Shown piece by piece: positions 62,426-64,000 of a stretch of 64,000 nt of DNA. The notes under the pieces are model-generated. The model saw only the letters and a list, made by a program, of their open reading frames with translations, had not been told where the DNA came from and ran no database searches. Positions within the stretch are counted from its first letter, which is position 1, and every line of letters begins with the position of its first letter. Source of the DNA: Gemmatimonadales bacterium (GTDB taxonomy: Bacteria; Gemmatimonadota; Gemmatimonadetes; Gemmatimonadales; GWC2-71-9). The stretch spans positions 1,536,001 through 1,600,000 of the forward strand of contig OZ252244.1 of assembly GCA_965249575.1 (NCBI GenBank). The letters run 5' to 3'. The position numbers were made by a program, and so were the translations under genes.

Positions 62426-63046
62426 TCAAGGGACTCGGACCAGTCCTTCGAGCCTACTCACCGTCACTTTACCGATTCCGCGCACCCTCGTGAGATCGTC
62501 GAGCGACACAAACGGCCCGTGGCGTTTCCGGTCGCTCATGGCCTTCGCCTTGACCAGCCCAATCCCGGGAAGCCGCGCGAGCTCCTCCGGCGACGCCGTG
62601 TTGAGTGTCACGGGCCCGCCCGGGGCCAGTCCTACGGCCTTACCCCCACGGCCGGAAAAGGTGGCGTGAGGCCGGATGGTTGCGACGGCCGTAGGGCCAA
62701 TCCCGCGCACTCGCGAGAGGCCTGCTAGCGACCCGAACGCGCCATTCGTCTCGCGCTCGGTGACGATTCGAGCGGCCAAGGCGGGGCCGATTCGGGGTAG
62801 CCGGTTGAGCTCGGTGGCCGTCGCCCGGTCGAGATCGATCTTCTCGCCACGTCTCAGGGGACGCGTCAACTGCAATGCACGCGCCACAACGGAGTCGCGC
62901 ACAGGACCCGTTGAGGTGCCCGCCCTGTACCCCACCGAGCCCGGCGCCCCCGAATCTGTCACGACGAGTTTCACGCCCAGCCCCGCGGCCGCCAGCAGCA
63001 ACAGGACGAGAGTCGCCCGGCGATCGTCTGCGGTGCTCATCATCAA
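62426..63046 (-). CDS. comEA: ComEA-like DNA-binding protein with duplicated helix-hairpin-helix units
   Basis: IDLDRAT..EL.RLPRIGP and TLNTAS.EEL.RLPGIG, each followed by RVRGIG. Confidence 0.85.
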   Translation of the reverse strand: MMMSTADDRRATLVLLLLAAAGLGVKLVVTDSGAPGSVGYRAGTSTGPVRDSVVARALQLTRPLRRGEKIDLDRATATELNRLPRIGPALAARIVTERETNGAFGSLAGLSRVRGIGPTAVATIRPHATFSGRGGKAVGLAPGGPVTLNTASPEELARLPGIGLVKAKAMSDRKRHGPFVSLDDLTRVRGIGKVTVSRLEGLVRVP

Positions 63047-63199
63047 TGATCGGCCGATGTGCCCAGCCTCTACAATCGCCCGACTGCACCGATGGACTAG
63101 TTACTGCATTGCCGCACGGGTCTTGCCGTCCGCCACGGCGATGGGGAAGGATTTGCCGGTCAGATCGGGAGATCCGGATACCCGAGCCGCCGATACCTC

Positions 63200-64000
63200 T
63201 TACCTCACGAGAGCAACGGCGATGTCTCCAACGATCTGCAGGCTTTCAGCGGACACCTTATCGATGGTGTCGTCCGCCGTATGCCACGGAGGATAGTCGA
63301 AATCGATCACGTCGATCGCGCGGATGCCCGCTTCCAACAACGGAATGTGATCGTCGGTGATCGCATACCCCACCGTCGGGCGAAAGGTTTTGCCGTATCC
63401 AAGCTCGTCGGCCTTCAGCCACACCCGTTCGACGACTTCGGGCGCGTTGGTAACCGAGTTGCCTTCCTGAAAAATGCGCAGATCGGCGTCCGCCACCATG
63501 TCGAACACGATCGCGAACAGCGGTCGCACCTCCTCACTCAGGTTGGCGGCGTAGTATCGGGACCCGATGAGCACGTCCGTGTTCGTCGGGAAGTCACCGT
63601 AGTCTTCAGCGTCGACGAATAGCAGATCGACGCCGAACGCGGGGGGATTCTTTTGGAGCGCGTCTGCCGTTCCCAAGAGGAGCGCCACGCCGGATGCACC
63701 GTCGTTGGCGCCCGGAACGGGCTTCATCTGATCGCCGAGATTCGCACTCAGGTCGGCTTTCGGCCGAGTATCCCAGTGTGCCACGAATAAGACGCGCTCA
63801 ACCATCTCCGGCCGGAACCGGCCGATGAAGTTGCGCAGCTCGAGGGTATCGCCTGCTGCCGTCACGTGAGTGAACGCCTGAACCTCGACGGAGTCGGCGC
63901 GGCCGTGCAGCAGCTCGAGAATCCAATCGCCAGTGCGCCGATGGCCCTCGGTGTTTGGCACCCGTGGCCCGAACGCAAGCTGCTGCTCGATGTACCGGAA
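63200..64000 (-). CDS. M28 family peptidase / glutaminyl-cyclase-like; 5' end outside the window
   Basis: AHWDTRP, GANDGASG, DAED, DMV, DDHIP and WHT..D. Confidence 0.88.
   Translation of the reverse strand, partial: FRYIEQQLAFGPRVPNTEGHRRTGDWILELLHGRADSVEVQAFTHVTAAGDTLELRNFIGRFRPEMVERVLFVAHWDTRPKADLSANLGDQMKPVPGANDGASGVALLLGTADALQKNPPAFGVDLLFVDAEDYGDFPTNTDVLIGSRYYAANLSEEVRPLFAIVFDMVADADLRIFQEGNSVTNAPEVVERVWLKADELGYGKTFRPTVGYAITDDHIPLLEAGIRAIDVIDFDYPPWHTADDTIDKVSAESLQIVGDIAVALVR

Overview
High-GC bacterial chromosome segment. Gene content and order suggest Gemmatimonadota (inference only). No rRNA, tRNA, CRISPR array or intact mobile element was found. The left ~21 kb is accessory: two divergent DUF5916-type outer-membrane paralogues around a beta/gamma-crystallin-domain gene, a BKACE enzyme, several lipoproteins, a SARP/BTAD regulator, htpX, a tandem-spondin lipoprotein and a DUF3604 + HupE/UreJ pair. 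It also holds two abrupt gene-to-gene junctions (~9.8 kb, ~12.4 kb) and several single-base frameshifts. The middle (21-34 kb) is a minus-strand housekeeping run: aroC-aroK, topA-trmFO-xerC-hslV-hslU, argF-gcvT-mog and a sigma54 activator. The right ~30 kb is a nearly complete type IVa pilus locus: comEA, pilB-T-C, pilS-R, two tandem pilins, pilV/W/X-like, pilMNOPQ and a large lipoprotein. The most notable element is a four-gene lipid-linked glycosylation cassette wedged between pilR and the major pilin: a DPM1-like GT2 plus three GT-C membrane transferases, one with the hallmark motifs of eukaryotic TMTC O-mannosyltransferases. Its regulation is partly readable from the sequence: sigma54 promoters before pilS and pilA, an IHF site, a G11 tract beside the pilS promoter and a recurring 25-bp palindrome. 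pilC carries an in-frame amber stop.
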